Positions 1 through 8,169 of a DNA stretch of 14,936 nt are shown here, piece by piece (positions within the stretch are counted from its first letter, which is position 1; the number at the start of each line of letters is the position of its first letter). The stretch is from an uncultured bacterium (GTDB lineage Bacteria > Krumholzibacteriota > Krumholzibacteriia > Krumholzibacteriales > Krumholzibacteriaceae). A program made the position numbers and the translations under genes. Location: positions 1-14,936 of the forward strand of contig CBDUYR010000059.1 in NCBI GenBank assembly GCA_965371515.1, in the 5' to 3' direction. A model generated the notes under the pieces. That model searched no databases. It saw only the letters and a list, made by a program, of their open reading frames with translations, and was not told the origin of the DNA.

Positions 1-862
1 GACCGCCACCCCTGTGATCGGACTGCCTCGGGCCTCCACCCTTGCGGTCGGACTGCCTCGGGCCTCCACCCTTGCGGTCGGACTGCCTCGGGCCTCCACC
101 CTTGCGGTCGGACTGTCTCGGGCCTTCCTTCTTCGCTTCAGCAGCCTTCTCCTGCTTCTCGAGGAAGTCCTTGTTCTTCAAGTAGCGCGCCCTGCCCTCG
201 ATGATCGCGTCGGCGAAGGTCTTCGTGAAGAGCTTGATCGACCGGATCGCGTCATCGTTCGCCGGAATGGCATATTCGAGATCGTCGGGGTCGCTGTTCG
301 TATCTATTAGACCGATCAGTGGGATGTGGAGTTTCCTCGCTTCCTTGATCGCGATTTCTTCCTTCTTTGTGTCGAACACGATGAGACAAGACGGGGCGCC
401 CTTCATCCCACGGATGCCCTCGAGCACCTTGAGAAGCTTCTGCTTGTGCTTGTCGAGCGTGAGCCTCTCCTTCTTGGAGAGCTGCTCGATGCGCCCGTCC
501 TTTTCCATCTCTTCCATGTCATCGAGACGATCGAGGCTGAGCTTGATCGTCTTGAAGTTCGTGAGGGTCCCGCCGAGCCAGCGCTCGTTGATATAGTACA
601 TGCCGCATCGCTTGGCGTCTTCGCGCACGGAGTCTTTTGCCTGCCTCTTCGTTCCGACAAACATGACCGTCTTTCCTTCCGATGCCATCTGGAGAAGAAT
701 GTCGTACGCGTTCTGGAGAGTATCGAGAGTCTGACGCAGATCGATAATGTAGATACCGTTCTGTTCCTTAAAAATATAGGGCTTCATCTTCGGGTTCCAG
801 CGCCTCGTCTGGTGTCCGAAGTGAACGCCCGCTTCCAGCAGATCCTTGATCTGGACTTTCAC
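1..862 (-). CDS. rpsB: 30S ribosomal protein S2 (3' end runs off the window), with repetitive C-terminal extension
   Basis: Not in the ORF track. Manual translation from GTG at 862 (SD AGGAGG 5 nt upstream) gives (M)KVQIKDLLEAGVHFGHQTRRWNPKMKPYIF, the S2 signature. The C-terminal part (180 to 1) is in the same frame with no stop. Confidence 0.97.
   Translation of the reverse strand, partial: MKVQIKDLLEAGVHFGHQTRRWNPKMKPYIFKEQNGIYIIDLRQTLDTLQNAYDILLQMASEGKTVMFVGTKRQAKDSVREDAKRCGMYYINERWLGGTLTNFKTIKLSLDRLDDMEEMEKDGRIEQLSKKERLTLDKHKQKLLKVLEGIRGMKGAPSCLIVFDTKKEEIAIKEARKLHIPLIGLIDTNSDPDDLEYAIPANDDAIRSIKLFTKTFADAIIEGRARYLKNKDFLEKQEKAAEAKKEGPRQSDRKGGGPRQSDRKGGGPRQSDRKGGGPRQSDHRGGG
18..124 (-). repeat. 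30-bp in-frame tandem repeat (~3.5 copies) encoding GPRQSDRKGG in the S2 tail
   Basis: Unit TCGGACTGCCTCGGGCCTCCACCCTTGCGG repeats head-to-tail from 18, with a partial variant copy at 108-124. Confidence 0.95.
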
Positions 863-958
863 TTTTTCCTCCTAGGTTATTCCTCCATCCCTCCCCCAGG
901 GGCGTCCAAAACGGACTTTTGCGTCCGTCACCATGGACCCTGCGGAGAGATGTGTGTC
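863..958 (-). promoter_or_regulatory. rpsB 5' leader RNA (t44/S2 autoregulatory leader-like)
   Basis: Minus strand reads ACACAC-AUCUCUCC...GGAGGGAUG-GAGGAAUAACC-U-AGGAGG-start. Basal stem 952-944 pairs with 894-886; internal hairpin ACGGAC-GCAAAA-GUCCGU. The ACACAC...GGAGG-x-AUAACC pattern matches the rpsB leader consensus as I recall it. Confidence 0.8.
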
Positions 959-967
959 CTTGAAAAT

Positions 968-1360
968 CTATCGCTTGGAGAACTGGAACTTCTTCCGTGC
1001 TCCGGGCTGTCCGTACTTCTTCCTCTCCTTTTCCCTGGGATCTCTGGTGAGGAACCCGCCGGACTTCAGCGCTTTCTTGTGGGTCTCGTCGTGAAGAAGG
1101 ATCGCTCTCGAGATACCGAGACGAATCGCCCCCGCCTGACCGGCTATGCCGCCGCCGGCGACCGTCGCCTTGATGTCGTACGTTCCCTCGGTATTGGTCA
1201 CTCCGAGGGGCTGACGTACGAGAAGCGTCAGACTGTTTCTCTTCATGTAATCGGCCAGCTCCTCACCGTTCACGGTGATCGAGCCCTTTCCCTCGCTGAG
1301 ATAGACACGGGCTACCGCCGATTTTCGTCTTCCCACTGCATGGTACATCTCTTTTGCCAA
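968..1360 (-). CDS. rpsI: 30S ribosomal protein S9
   Basis: GRRKSAVARV, GGGIAGQAGAIRLGISRA, ERKKYGQPGARKKFQFSKR. TTG start with SD AAGGAGGT. Confidence 0.98.
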   Translation of the reverse strand: MAKEMYHAVGRRKSAVARVYLSEGKGSITVNGEELADYMKRNSLTLLVRQPLGVTNTEGTYDIKATVAGGGIAGQAGAIRLGISRAILLHDETHKKALKSGGFLTRDPREKERKKYGQPGARKKFQFSKR

Positions 1361-1419
1361 GTCTTTACACCTCCTTCCGGCTGAAAATGTGTCCTGCGAA
1401 CACGGGCCGCAGATCGGCC

Positions 1420-1851
1420 CTAGAGCTCCAGCTGCTTCGGCTGCTGCGACGCGTGAGGATGTTTCTCGCCCGCGTAGACCTTCAGCTTTTTCATGACCCT
1501 GCGACCGAGCTTGTTATGGGGAATCATCCCCTTGATCGCGTTTGTCACGGCGAAGGTAGGATCCTTCTCCATCTTCGCCTCGAAATTGATCAGGCGGATA
1601 CCGCCCGGGTACTGGGTATGGCTCCAGTAGGTCTTGTCTTCCCTCTTGTTACCGGTAACGTGGATCTTCTCGGCATTGACTACGATCACGAAATCGCCCA
1701 CGTCCATGTGCGGGGCGAATCCGGGCTTGTGCTTGCCCCTGAGGATAGTCGCGACTCTCGTCGCCAGCCTGCCGAGCGTCTTCCCGCTCGCGTCCACTAT
1801 GTACCAGTCTCTCTCAAACTCTCCCGGTTTGAGAATCGTGGTCTTCTGCAT
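1420..1851 (-). CDS. rplM: 50S ribosomal protein L13
   Basis: WYIVDASGKTLGRLAT, LRGKHKP, DVGDFVIVVNAEK. Start moved to ATG 1851 (MQKTTILK, SD GGAGG); the track's start at 1929 is the TTG of the promoter -35 box. Confidence 0.97.
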   Translation of the reverse strand: MQKTTILKPGEFERDWYIVDASGKTLGRLATRVATILRGKHKPGFAPHMDVGDFVIVVNAEKIHVTGNKREDKTYWSHTQYPGGIRLINFEAKMEKDPTFAVTNAIKGMIPHNKLGRRVMKKLKVYAGEKHPHASQQPKQLEL

Positions 1852-1900
1852 TTTTCCGTCCTCCGTACACTTTTCCGATATATTTCGGTAAAGAAGTTCA

Positions 1901-1929
1901 AATATATATGGGTTAGCTGATGATGTCAA
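1901..1929 (-). promoter_or_regulatory. sigma70-type promoter of the rplM-rpsI-rpsB operon
   Basis: TTGACA (1929-1924), 17-nt spacer, TATATT (1906-1901). Confidence 0.85.
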
Positions 1930-1953
1930 GCCGCGTTTGACCGGTAAAATCGG

Positions 1954-3090
1954 TCAATCCGCCGGCAGGACCCCCGCCTCCACGGCTGCGGCGGCTATTT
2001 TTTCCGAATTTGGGCTCTCGATCACGCATGTCTCGGTTATCAGAGCAGTTAAGAGATCGGCTGGCGTCACGTCGAAGGCCGGGTTGTACGCCCCGGCGTC
2101 GTCGGGGACCGTCTTGATTCCGGCGAACGACTTGACCTCTCCCGGATCGCGCTCCTCGATTGGTATGCCGGAACCGTTCTCGATCGAAAGATCGAAGGTC
2201 GACCAGGGTGCGGCGATATAGATCGGAACGTGGTATTTCTCGCACAGGACGGCCAGCCCGAGGGTGCCGATCTTGTTCGCCGAGTCCCCGTTGCGCACTA
2301 TCCGGTCGGCCCCGGTTACCACGGCATCGATGCGGCCAGCGGCAAAGAGCGAAGCGGCGGCATTGTCGCACAGGACGGTCACGTCGATCCCGGCGCGGGT
2401 CAGCTCCCATGCGGTGAGCCTCGCCCCCTGGAGCAGCGGTCTGGTTTCGTCGGCGAAGACGTTGATCCTCTTCCCCTGCTCATGGGCCGTCTTGATGACC
2501 GCCAGGGCAGTACCGTAACCAGCCGTCGCGAGCCCGCCCGCGTTGCAGTGCGTGAGAACGTTCATGCCGTCCCTGAGCAGGACTGCTCCGTTCTCCCCGA
2601 TACGGTGGTCGGTCTCGAGTTCCCCGTCGTGTATGTCAAACGCCTCGGCGGAGACATTCTCCGCCAGCAGTGCGATATCGCTCCCGCTCTTCTCTATCGC
2701 CGTCCTCATCCGCTCGAGCGCCCAGAAGAGGTTTACCGCCGTCGGCCTCGTCGCGGCGAACATGTCAGCCGTTTCGAGAAGCTTCGCCGCGATCGCAGCC
2801 CCGTCAAGGCCCTCGATATCGAACCCCGCCGCATCCGATCCATGATCGAAGATGTGATCGGGCGCATCCTTCCGGCCGGCGAGTATCTCGTTCTCCAGCG
2901 CCAGCAGTATCCCGTGGGCGGCGGCCACGCCGATGGCCGGAGCGCCGCGGACCCGAAGAATCCGGATAGCAGCGGCAAGCTCTTCAGGAGAGCCGATCTC
3001 GACATACTTCTCCTCGGCCGGCAGGAGCGTCTGGTCGAGGATCACGATCTTTCCCTTCATGTAATCGACAGTCCTGACGATCATCTCCAT
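1954..3090 (-). CDS. mtnA: S-methyl-5-thioribose-1-phosphate isomerase
   Basis: LDQTLLP, VRGAPAIG, TRPTAVNL, THCNAGGLAT, DETRPLLQGARLTAWEL, GADRI, NKIGT, NPAFDVTP. Confidence 0.95.
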   Translation of the reverse strand: MEMIVRTVDYMKGKIVILDQTLLPAEEKYVEIGSPEELAAAIRILRVRGAPAIGVAAAHGILLALENEILAGRKDAPDHIFDHGSDAAGFDIEGLDGAAIAAKLLETADMFAATRPTAVNLFWALERMRTAIEKSGSDIALLAENVSAEAFDIHDGELETDHRIGENGAVLLRDGMNVLTHCNAGGLATAGYGTALAVIKTAHEQGKRINVFADETRPLLQGARLTAWELTRAGIDVTVLCDNAAASLFAAGRIDAVVTGADRIVRNGDSANKIGTLGLAVLCEKYHVPIYIAAPWSTFDLSIENGSGIPIEERDPGEVKSFAGIKTVPDDAGAYNPAFDVTPADLLTALITETCVIESPNSEKIAAAAVEAGVLPAD

Positions 3091-3510
3091 CTACTCCCCC
3101 ACAAGGCTGAAATGCACCCTTCGGCTGCGTGGCCGGTTGTCGAATTCAAGGAACACTATCTGCTGCCACGTTCCGAGAACCAGGCCGCCCTCTGATACCG
3201 GCACTGTGACCGACGGCCCGATGATCGCCGCCCTGAGATGCGAGAAACCGTTCCCGTCCCCCCAGGTCGCGTCATGGCCATACATGACCCCCGACGGAAT
3301 GATCCTCTCGAAGAACTCGGGCAGGTCCCGCAGGAGCCCGGGCTCGTACTCGATAGTGGTGATCCCCGCCGTCGAACCGGGTACGATAACGGTCACCTGC
3401 CCCGAGGTGATCCCGCTGTCCTCGACGATCTCCCTTGCCGCATCGGTGATGTCGACGATCGTCCCGTCTCCATCGGTATTGAAACTGTACTGGCTCTCGT
3501 ATGTGACCAT
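3091..3510 (-). CDS. yjbQ: YjbQ/UPF0047 family protein
   Basis: DITD...GSTAGITTIEYEPGL...Y-H...DGNGFSHLRA...LGTWQQIVFLEFD-RPR. Confidence 0.9.
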   Translation of the reverse strand: MVTYESQYSFNTDGDGTIVDITDAAREIVEDSGITSGQVTVIVPGSTAGITTIEYEPGLLRDLPEFFERIIPSGVMYGHDATWGDGNGFSHLRAAIIGPSVTVPVSEGGLVLGTWQQIVFLEFDNRPRSRRVHFSLVGE

Positions 3511-3511
3511 G

Positions 3512-4129
3512 TCAGCGTCCCCCGTTCATAGACGCGAGCTCCGCCTCTAGCTTGCGGAACATGCCGAACAGCCTCGCCACGGGCAGCCCGACTACGTTGA
3601 AATAGCACCCCTCGATCTTGTCGATAAAAGCGGAAGCGTACCCCTGGATCGCGTACGCGCCGGCCTTGTCGAAGGGCTCCCCCGTCTCGATATACCGCGA
3701 GATCTCCTCCGGCATCAGCTCGCGGAAAAACACCTTCGTGCTCTCGGCCTCGATTATCCGGATGTTCGGCAGGGTGATGAGCGCTATCCCGGTAACGACC
3801 TCGTGCATGCGCCCCGACAGGGTCTCGAGCATCTCCCGCGCCTCTTCGGAGCTACCGGGTTTACCCATCACCTGCCCCTCGCAGAGCACGATCGTGTCGG
3901 CAGCGATGATCGTCTTGCGCGGCCGCGTCATCTGTGCATCCACAGCCTTGATCTCGGCGAGCAGTCTGGCGCTCTCGACCGGGTCGTTCCAGGGTACCTC
4001 CGACTCGTCGACGTTCGCGGGAAGGATCTCGAACTCGAATCCGAGGTTCTCGAGGATCTCCCTGCGTCTCGGCGAGGCAGAGGCGAGAAGCAGCCTCTCC
4101 TGGACCTTGTCGGGCAGGAACGGATTCAT
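3512..4129 (-). CDS. maf: Maf family nucleoside triphosphate pyrophosphatase (YhdE-type)
   Basis: LASASPRRREIL, ADTIV, GKP, LSGRMHEVVTG, DKAGAYAIQG, NVVGLP. ATGA overlap with dtd. Confidence 0.95.
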   Translation of the reverse strand: MNPFLPDKVQERLLLASASPRRREILENLGFEFEILPANVDESEVPWNDPVESARLLAEIKAVDAQMTRPRKTIIAADTIVLCEGQVMGKPGSSEEAREMLETLSGRMHEVVTGIALITLPNIRIIEAESTKVFFRELMPEEISRYIETGEPFDKAGAYAIQGYASAFIDKIEGCYFNVVGLPVARLFGMFRKLEAELASMNGGR

Positions 4130-4572
4130 CGCATCTCCCTGTCGATTATGAGTGTAACGGGGCCGTCATTTACGAGTTTTATATCCATCATCGCGCCGAA
4201 CTCCCCCTCGGCCATCTTCGGCCACCTCGCGGAGATATTGTCTACAAACTCCCGGTAGAGCCTGAGAGCCTCGGGCCCAGGTGCACTGTCGGTGTAGGCC
4301 GGCCTGCGACCCTTGCGGCAGTTTCCGTAGAGTGTGAACTGGGAGACGACGAGCACCTCGCAGTCTGTCTCCATCACCGAGAGGTTCATCTTCCCCGCAT
4401 CGTCCTCGAATATCCGCAGGTCGAGACACTTGCGTGCCATCCAGTCGAGATCCTCCGACGTGTCCCCCGTACGGAAGGCGGCAAGCACGAGTATGCCCCG
4501 CCCTATCGACGCGATCGTCCTGCCGTCGACAACGACGCTCGCCTCGCTTACCCTCTGGACCACTGTACGCAT
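4126..4572 (-). CDS. dtd: D-aminoacyl-tRNA deacylase
   Basis: MRTVVQRV, LRIFEDDAGKMNLS, VSQFTL, FGAMM, NDGPVT. Confidence 0.96.
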   Translation of the reverse strand: MRTVVQRVSEASVVVDGRTIASIGRGILVLAAFRTGDTSEDLDWMARKCLDLRIFEDDAGKMNLSVMETDCEVLVVSQFTLYGNCRKGRRPAYTDSAPGPEALRLYREFVDNISARWPKMAEGEFGAMMDIKLVNDGPVTLIIDREMR

Positions 4573-4583
4573 TGAATATCCCG

Positions 4584-6311
4584 CTACTGCTCTTCCCGCA
4601 ACGCCGCCGGTTCCGCGGTCTTGTGGAGCAGTGTCACCTGGATCTGAGCCTCTTCCTTACCCTGCCAGACATTCCGCCTCAGATGCGCCAGAACGTCGAT
4701 CCTTCCCCCGATCACGTCGTACGGCTGCCAGCTCTTGCCGAGCGAGAAGCCGATCATCTCGACCGACGTTCCATCTTCCTGTGAGACGGAGAGCCTGAGA
4801 TGATGTTTGCCGACTATCCTTGTCTTCCCGAGCACGTCGAGATCGCGGATCAGCATGAGCGGCTCGCCGTTGCCGGGACCGAAGGGCGCGAGCTGCTCGA
4901 TGAACGATATGATACCGAGATCGCACTCTGCGAGTGAAGCTTCCGCGTCGGCGTATATGTGGGAGTGCCCCTCGCTGTCGCCGATCGCCTCGCCGACGAC
5001 CTTGTTGAAACACTTGTTAAAGGCGGGAATGTCTTCCTCTTTTATCGAGAATCCGCCCGCTTCCTTATGCCCTCCGAAGGCAGACAGGAACCTGGAGCAT
5101 TTCTCCAGCGAATCGCGGATGTTTATCCCGCCTGAAGACCTCACGGATCCCTTGCCGACGCCGTCCCGCACAGCGATCAGCACCGAAGGGACGTTGTAAT
5201 TCTCCGCGAGCCTCGCCGCCCCTATGCCGACCACTCCCTCGTGCCACGACGATGACGAGAAGACCAGTGCGTTCGGCTCGCTCCGCTTGAGTATTATGTC
5301 GGCGAGGTAGCAGGCCTCCTCGGTGACCTGGCTGTCGTGGGCCCGCCGCTGCCTGTTCGTGTCCTCGATCTCCCCGGCCATCGCCTTCGCCTTTTCCTCG
5401 TCCTTCGTCGTCAGCAGTTCGACTACGCCGCGCGCGCTGCCTATCCTGCCGGGGGAGTTGAGCCTCGGCACAATGGTAAAACATATCTGCCGCGCCGAAA
5501 AACCGGAAGCGGCGAGGCCGCATCCCTTCCTCAGCGCGTTGAATCCCGGCCTTTCCCATTTCCCCAATTCCGCCATGCCGAGTGTGACGAGTGACCTGTT
5601 CTCGTCGACAAGCGGCACGTAGTCTCCCAGCGTCCCGACGGCTACGAGGTCGAGGAGGCGACCGAGCTTCATGTCGATGCCCATATCCTTCTCGATGCCC
5701 TGGAGCAGCTTGTACGCCACACCCGCGCCTGAGAGCTCTGTGAACGGGTATGTCTCGCCCGGCAGCTTTGCGTTGATGAACGCCCTCGCATCAGGAACCC
5801 TCTCTCCTATCTCGTGATGGTCGGTTATGACGACGGGGATACCGCCGTCGGCGAGTTCCTTGACAATGTCGCCGTCACTGGAGCCGCAGTCGACGGTGAT
5901 CAGCAGGCCGAGGCCTACTTCGAGACTCCTCTCGGCAATGCGCCTCGCCATGCCGTAACCGTCCTTCTTGCGGTCGGGGATGAAGTAGTGAACGTCGGCG
6001 CCGATCGAGCGCAGCCCCTCGCAGAGAATCACAGTCCCGCAGATCCCGTCGGCGTCGTAGTCGCCGTGCACGAGTATCCGGCTGCCTGCCGAAACGGCTT
6101 CCCGCACGGCTTTCACAGCCTCACCCATCTCGCTGAACAGGAAGGGATCGTGTGTCCGGTCGATCGTGGGCGAGAGAAACTGCCTCGCCTCTTCGACGGT
6201 GGCAACTCCCCTCGAAGCCAGGATCCTCGCGGCAAACGGGGATATTCCGAGCCCTTCGCTCAGATTGGTGATTATGACGGGTTCGACCGGCCGGACGAGC
6301 CAGGAAGACAT
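4584..6311 (-). CDS. recJ: single-stranded-DNA-specific exonuclease RecJ
   Basis: GDYDADG, ITVDCG, TDHH, PRLNSPGR, GKGSVRS, FGGHKEAGG, APFGPGN. SD GAGGG. Confidence 0.96.
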   Translation of the reverse strand: MSSWLVRPVEPVIITNLSEGLGISPFAARILASRGVATVEEARQFLSPTIDRTHDPFLFSEMGEAVKAVREAVSAGSRILVHGDYDADGICGTVILCEGLRSIGADVHYFIPDRKKDGYGMARRIAERSLEVGLGLLITVDCGSSDGDIVKELADGGIPVVITDHHEIGERVPDARAFINAKLPGETYPFTELSGAGVAYKLLQGIEKDMGIDMKLGRLLDLVAVGTLGDYVPLVDENRSLVTLGMAELGKWERPGFNALRKGCGLAASGFSARQICFTIVPRLNSPGRIGSARGVVELLTTKDEEKAKAMAGEIEDTNRQRRAHDSQVTEEACYLADIILKRSEPNALVFSSSSWHEGVVGIGAARLAENYNVPSVLIAVRDGVGKGSVRSSGGINIRDSLEKCSRFLSAFGGHKEAGGFSIKEEDIPAFNKCFNKVVGEAIGDSEGHSHIYADAEASLAECDLGIISFIEQLAPFGPGNGEPLMLIRDLDVLGKTRIVGKHHLRLSVSQEDGTSVEMIGFSLGKSWQPYDVIGGRIDVLAHLRRNVWQGKEEAQIQVTLLHKTAEPAALREEQ

Positions 6312-6338
6312 ATCAGTCCCTCAAATCTATGGTTTAAA

Positions 6339-6718
6339 GAACGGCGGAGCGAACTTGTAAGCCGAGTTCTGTCCCGTTCCGCAAGCGGACCGGTGATGAT
6401 CATTTATCTGGGGCCGGCGTTTCCGCGGGCCACGATCGACCTACCCGAGAGTCGAACGAAGCGGGCCGCTTCTCCTCTTCTATTTGGTCTTTCTCCGGGT
6501 GGGGTTTACCTGGCTGCCGCCGTCGCCGGCAGCACCGGTGAGCTCTTACCTCACCATTTCACCCTTACCGCCGGCAAGCCGGCGGCGGTATATTTTCTGT
6601 GGCACTTTCCTTGGGGTCGCCCCCACTGGGAGTTACCCAGCACCCTGCCCTGTGGAGCTCGGACTTTCCTCGGACACCCCGAAGGACGCCCGCGATCACC
6701 TCGTCCGCTCCGCCGTCC
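6339..6718 (-). ncRNA. rnpB: RNase P RNA, type A
   Basis: Minus strand has GAGGAAAGUCCGAGCUCC, GGAAAGUGCCACAGAAA, GGUGAAAUGG...GGUAAGAGC, GGUAAACCCC and ACAGAACUCGGCUUA. P1 formed by GGACGGCGGAGCGGAC / GUUCGCUCCGCCGUUC. Ends approximate. Confidence 0.98.
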
Positions 6719-6747
6719 AAACTGCATTCGGACCACTGTCTCGAGTC

Positions 6748-6776
6748 AATATATCATAGTGAGACCCGAAGGTCAA
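6748..6776 (-). promoter_or_regulatory. sigma70-type promoter of rnpB
   Basis: TTGACC (6776-6771), 17-nt spacer ending TGA (extended -10), TATATT (6753-6748). Confidence 0.8.
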
Positions 6777-6788
6777 AGGATGGGAAAT

Positions 6789-7436
6789 CTACTTGGTCTC
6801 TACTGCTTCGTCGAGGATCTCGTTGGCCAGCTTGTCGGCAGCCTCGTTGCGGGCGCGTGGGACATGCTCCCAGAGACACTTGTCGAATCCCGCCGCGAGC
6901 TCTCTGGCCTGCCCGGCGAGGACGGCGAGGTTCTTGTTTTTAATCTTGTACTCGCCGTTCATCTGCTTGACGACAAGCTCACTGTCCATCCGGATTGTGA
7001 CGTCGGCCACGCCGAAATCGGCCGCCAGCTCGAGGGCGAGAATGCATGCATTGTACTCAGCGACGTTGTTCGTCGCCTTCCCCAGCCGCTTCGCCCTGGA
7101 AGTCAGCTCCGTCCCTTCCGTATCGTAAGCGACAACTGCTGCGGATGCGGGCCCGGGATTCCCCCTGGAAGCACCGTCCGCATGGACGATCAGCTCCGAT
7201 ATCGTCATGCCGGTTATATCGACCGTCTTTGCCACGGTGCCGGCCGATACGGGTTCGGCGACAGGCGCAGGTTCAGGACAGCCGGCACAGATCTCTTTCT
7301 CCAGCTCGGCGGCCATCTCTCGCAACGCTTCCTCCGCTTCGGCCTTCGCAAGAAAGCCGGCCTGCTCCCACGCGTTATCGAGCGGCAGTCCGCCAGCGAG
7401 CAGCTCGAGAAGCTTCTTGAGGCTGTTTTTTTTCAT
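6789..7436 (-). CDS. rnhA: ribonuclease HI (actinobacterial/archaeal-like type) with ~80-aa N-terminal extension
   Basis: ADGASRGNPGPA, TNNVAEY, MDSELVVKQMNGEYKIK, HVPRARNEAADKLAN (D-E-D-D catalytic set). Start placed at ATG 7436, which overlaps the upstream stop (TGATG). Confidence 0.9.
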   Translation of the reverse strand: MKKNSLKKLLELLAGGLPLDNAWEQAGFLAKAEAEEALREMAAELEKEICAGCPEPAPVAEPVSAGTVAKTVDITGMTISELIVHADGASRGNPGPASAAVVAYDTEGTELTSRAKRLGKATNNVAEYNACILALELAADFGVADVTIRMDSELVVKQMNGEYKIKNKNLAVLAGQARELAAGFDKCLWEHVPRARNEAADKLANEILDEAVETK

Positions 7437-8167
7437 CAGGATGCCGGTTTCTGGTCGGCTGGAAAATATATGAGAATCCGCCCGCATGCCTCGCAGGTCA
7501 GTATGTTGTCGTTGCGCCTGACCTCGTGCGCATGCTGCGGCGGAACCCGACTGAAGCACCCCTGGCATACATCGCCTATGAGGTTCGCCACGCCGGAATC
7601 CCCTTTTACCCTCAGTATCCGCTCGTAGAGCCTTTGTATCCTCTCGGAGAGCAGGGGAAGGGTCCTGGACTTCTGCTCTTCCAGTCTGGCAAGCGTCGCT
7701 TTCGCCTCCTCGATCTTGTCCTCCCAGTCTTTCTTCGCTGAGAGCCTGGCATCCTTCTCGGTGTTGATCTTCTCGGTAGCCGCGTCTACTTCCTTCATCT
7801 CAGCCTCGGTCAGGTCGAGGATCTCGAGTATGCTGTTCTCGTGCCCGTCGATCTTCTTCTCGAGGAACTGGATCTCGGAGGTCTTCGCCGCGTACTCTTT
7901 ATTGTCACTTACGGCCAGCAACTCGTTCTTCTTTTTGACGATAGCCGCGCGGTCGTCCTTGACATCACCGTCGAGACGGATCTTTTCCCTCTTGAGCTTA
8001 TCCAGCTCAGCCTCTGCCTCGGTGTACCGCTCGTCCATGTCGCTTACTTCCTGCTCGAGCTTGCTGATTGTGAGCGGGGCCGTTTCGATGAGCCTCTTGT
8101 TCTCCTTCATCTGGAGTTCTTCCTGTGCCAGCTGGATAAGAAACTGGATGTCACTTTCGACCGTCAT
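7436..8167 (-). CDS. coiled-coil C4-type zinc-ribbon protein (DUF164; HP0958/CdsZ/Rv2229c-like)
   Basis: Long E/K-rich coiled coil with NKEYAA..EI, then LYERI, CQGC...CEACGRILIY. Start at ATG 8167 with SD GAGGTG. Confidence 0.9.
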   Translation of the reverse strand: MTVESDIQFLIQLAQEELQMKENKRLIETAPLTISKLEQEVSDMDERYTEAEAELDKLKREKIRLDGDVKDDRAAIVKKKNELLAVSDNKEYAAKTSEIQFLEKKIDGHENSILEILDLTEAEMKEVDAATEKINTEKDARLSAKKDWEDKIEEAKATLARLEEQKSRTLPLLSERIQRLYERILRVKGDSGVANLIGDVCQGCFSRVPPQHAHEVRRNDNILTCEACGRILIYFPADQKPAS

Positions 8168-8169
8168 AG

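Noticed and set aside
18..124. 30-bp repeats as a CRISPR array
   Set aside because: The units are head-to-tail with no spacers and lie in frame within rpsB.
1404..1420. Hairpin GGGCCG-N5-CGGCCC after rplM as a terminator
   Set aside because: No U-tract, and it lies within the rplM-rpsI operon; more likely a stability element.
6551..6736. 61-aa minus-strand ORF
   Set aside because: It lies almost entirely within the RNase P RNA gene.
326..7628. Long plus-strand ORFs (326-1384, 1354-1920, 2230-3195, 5814-7628 and others)
   Set aside because: They are antisense shadows of well-supported minus-strand genes or rnpB in GC-rich DNA, with no recognisable motifs.
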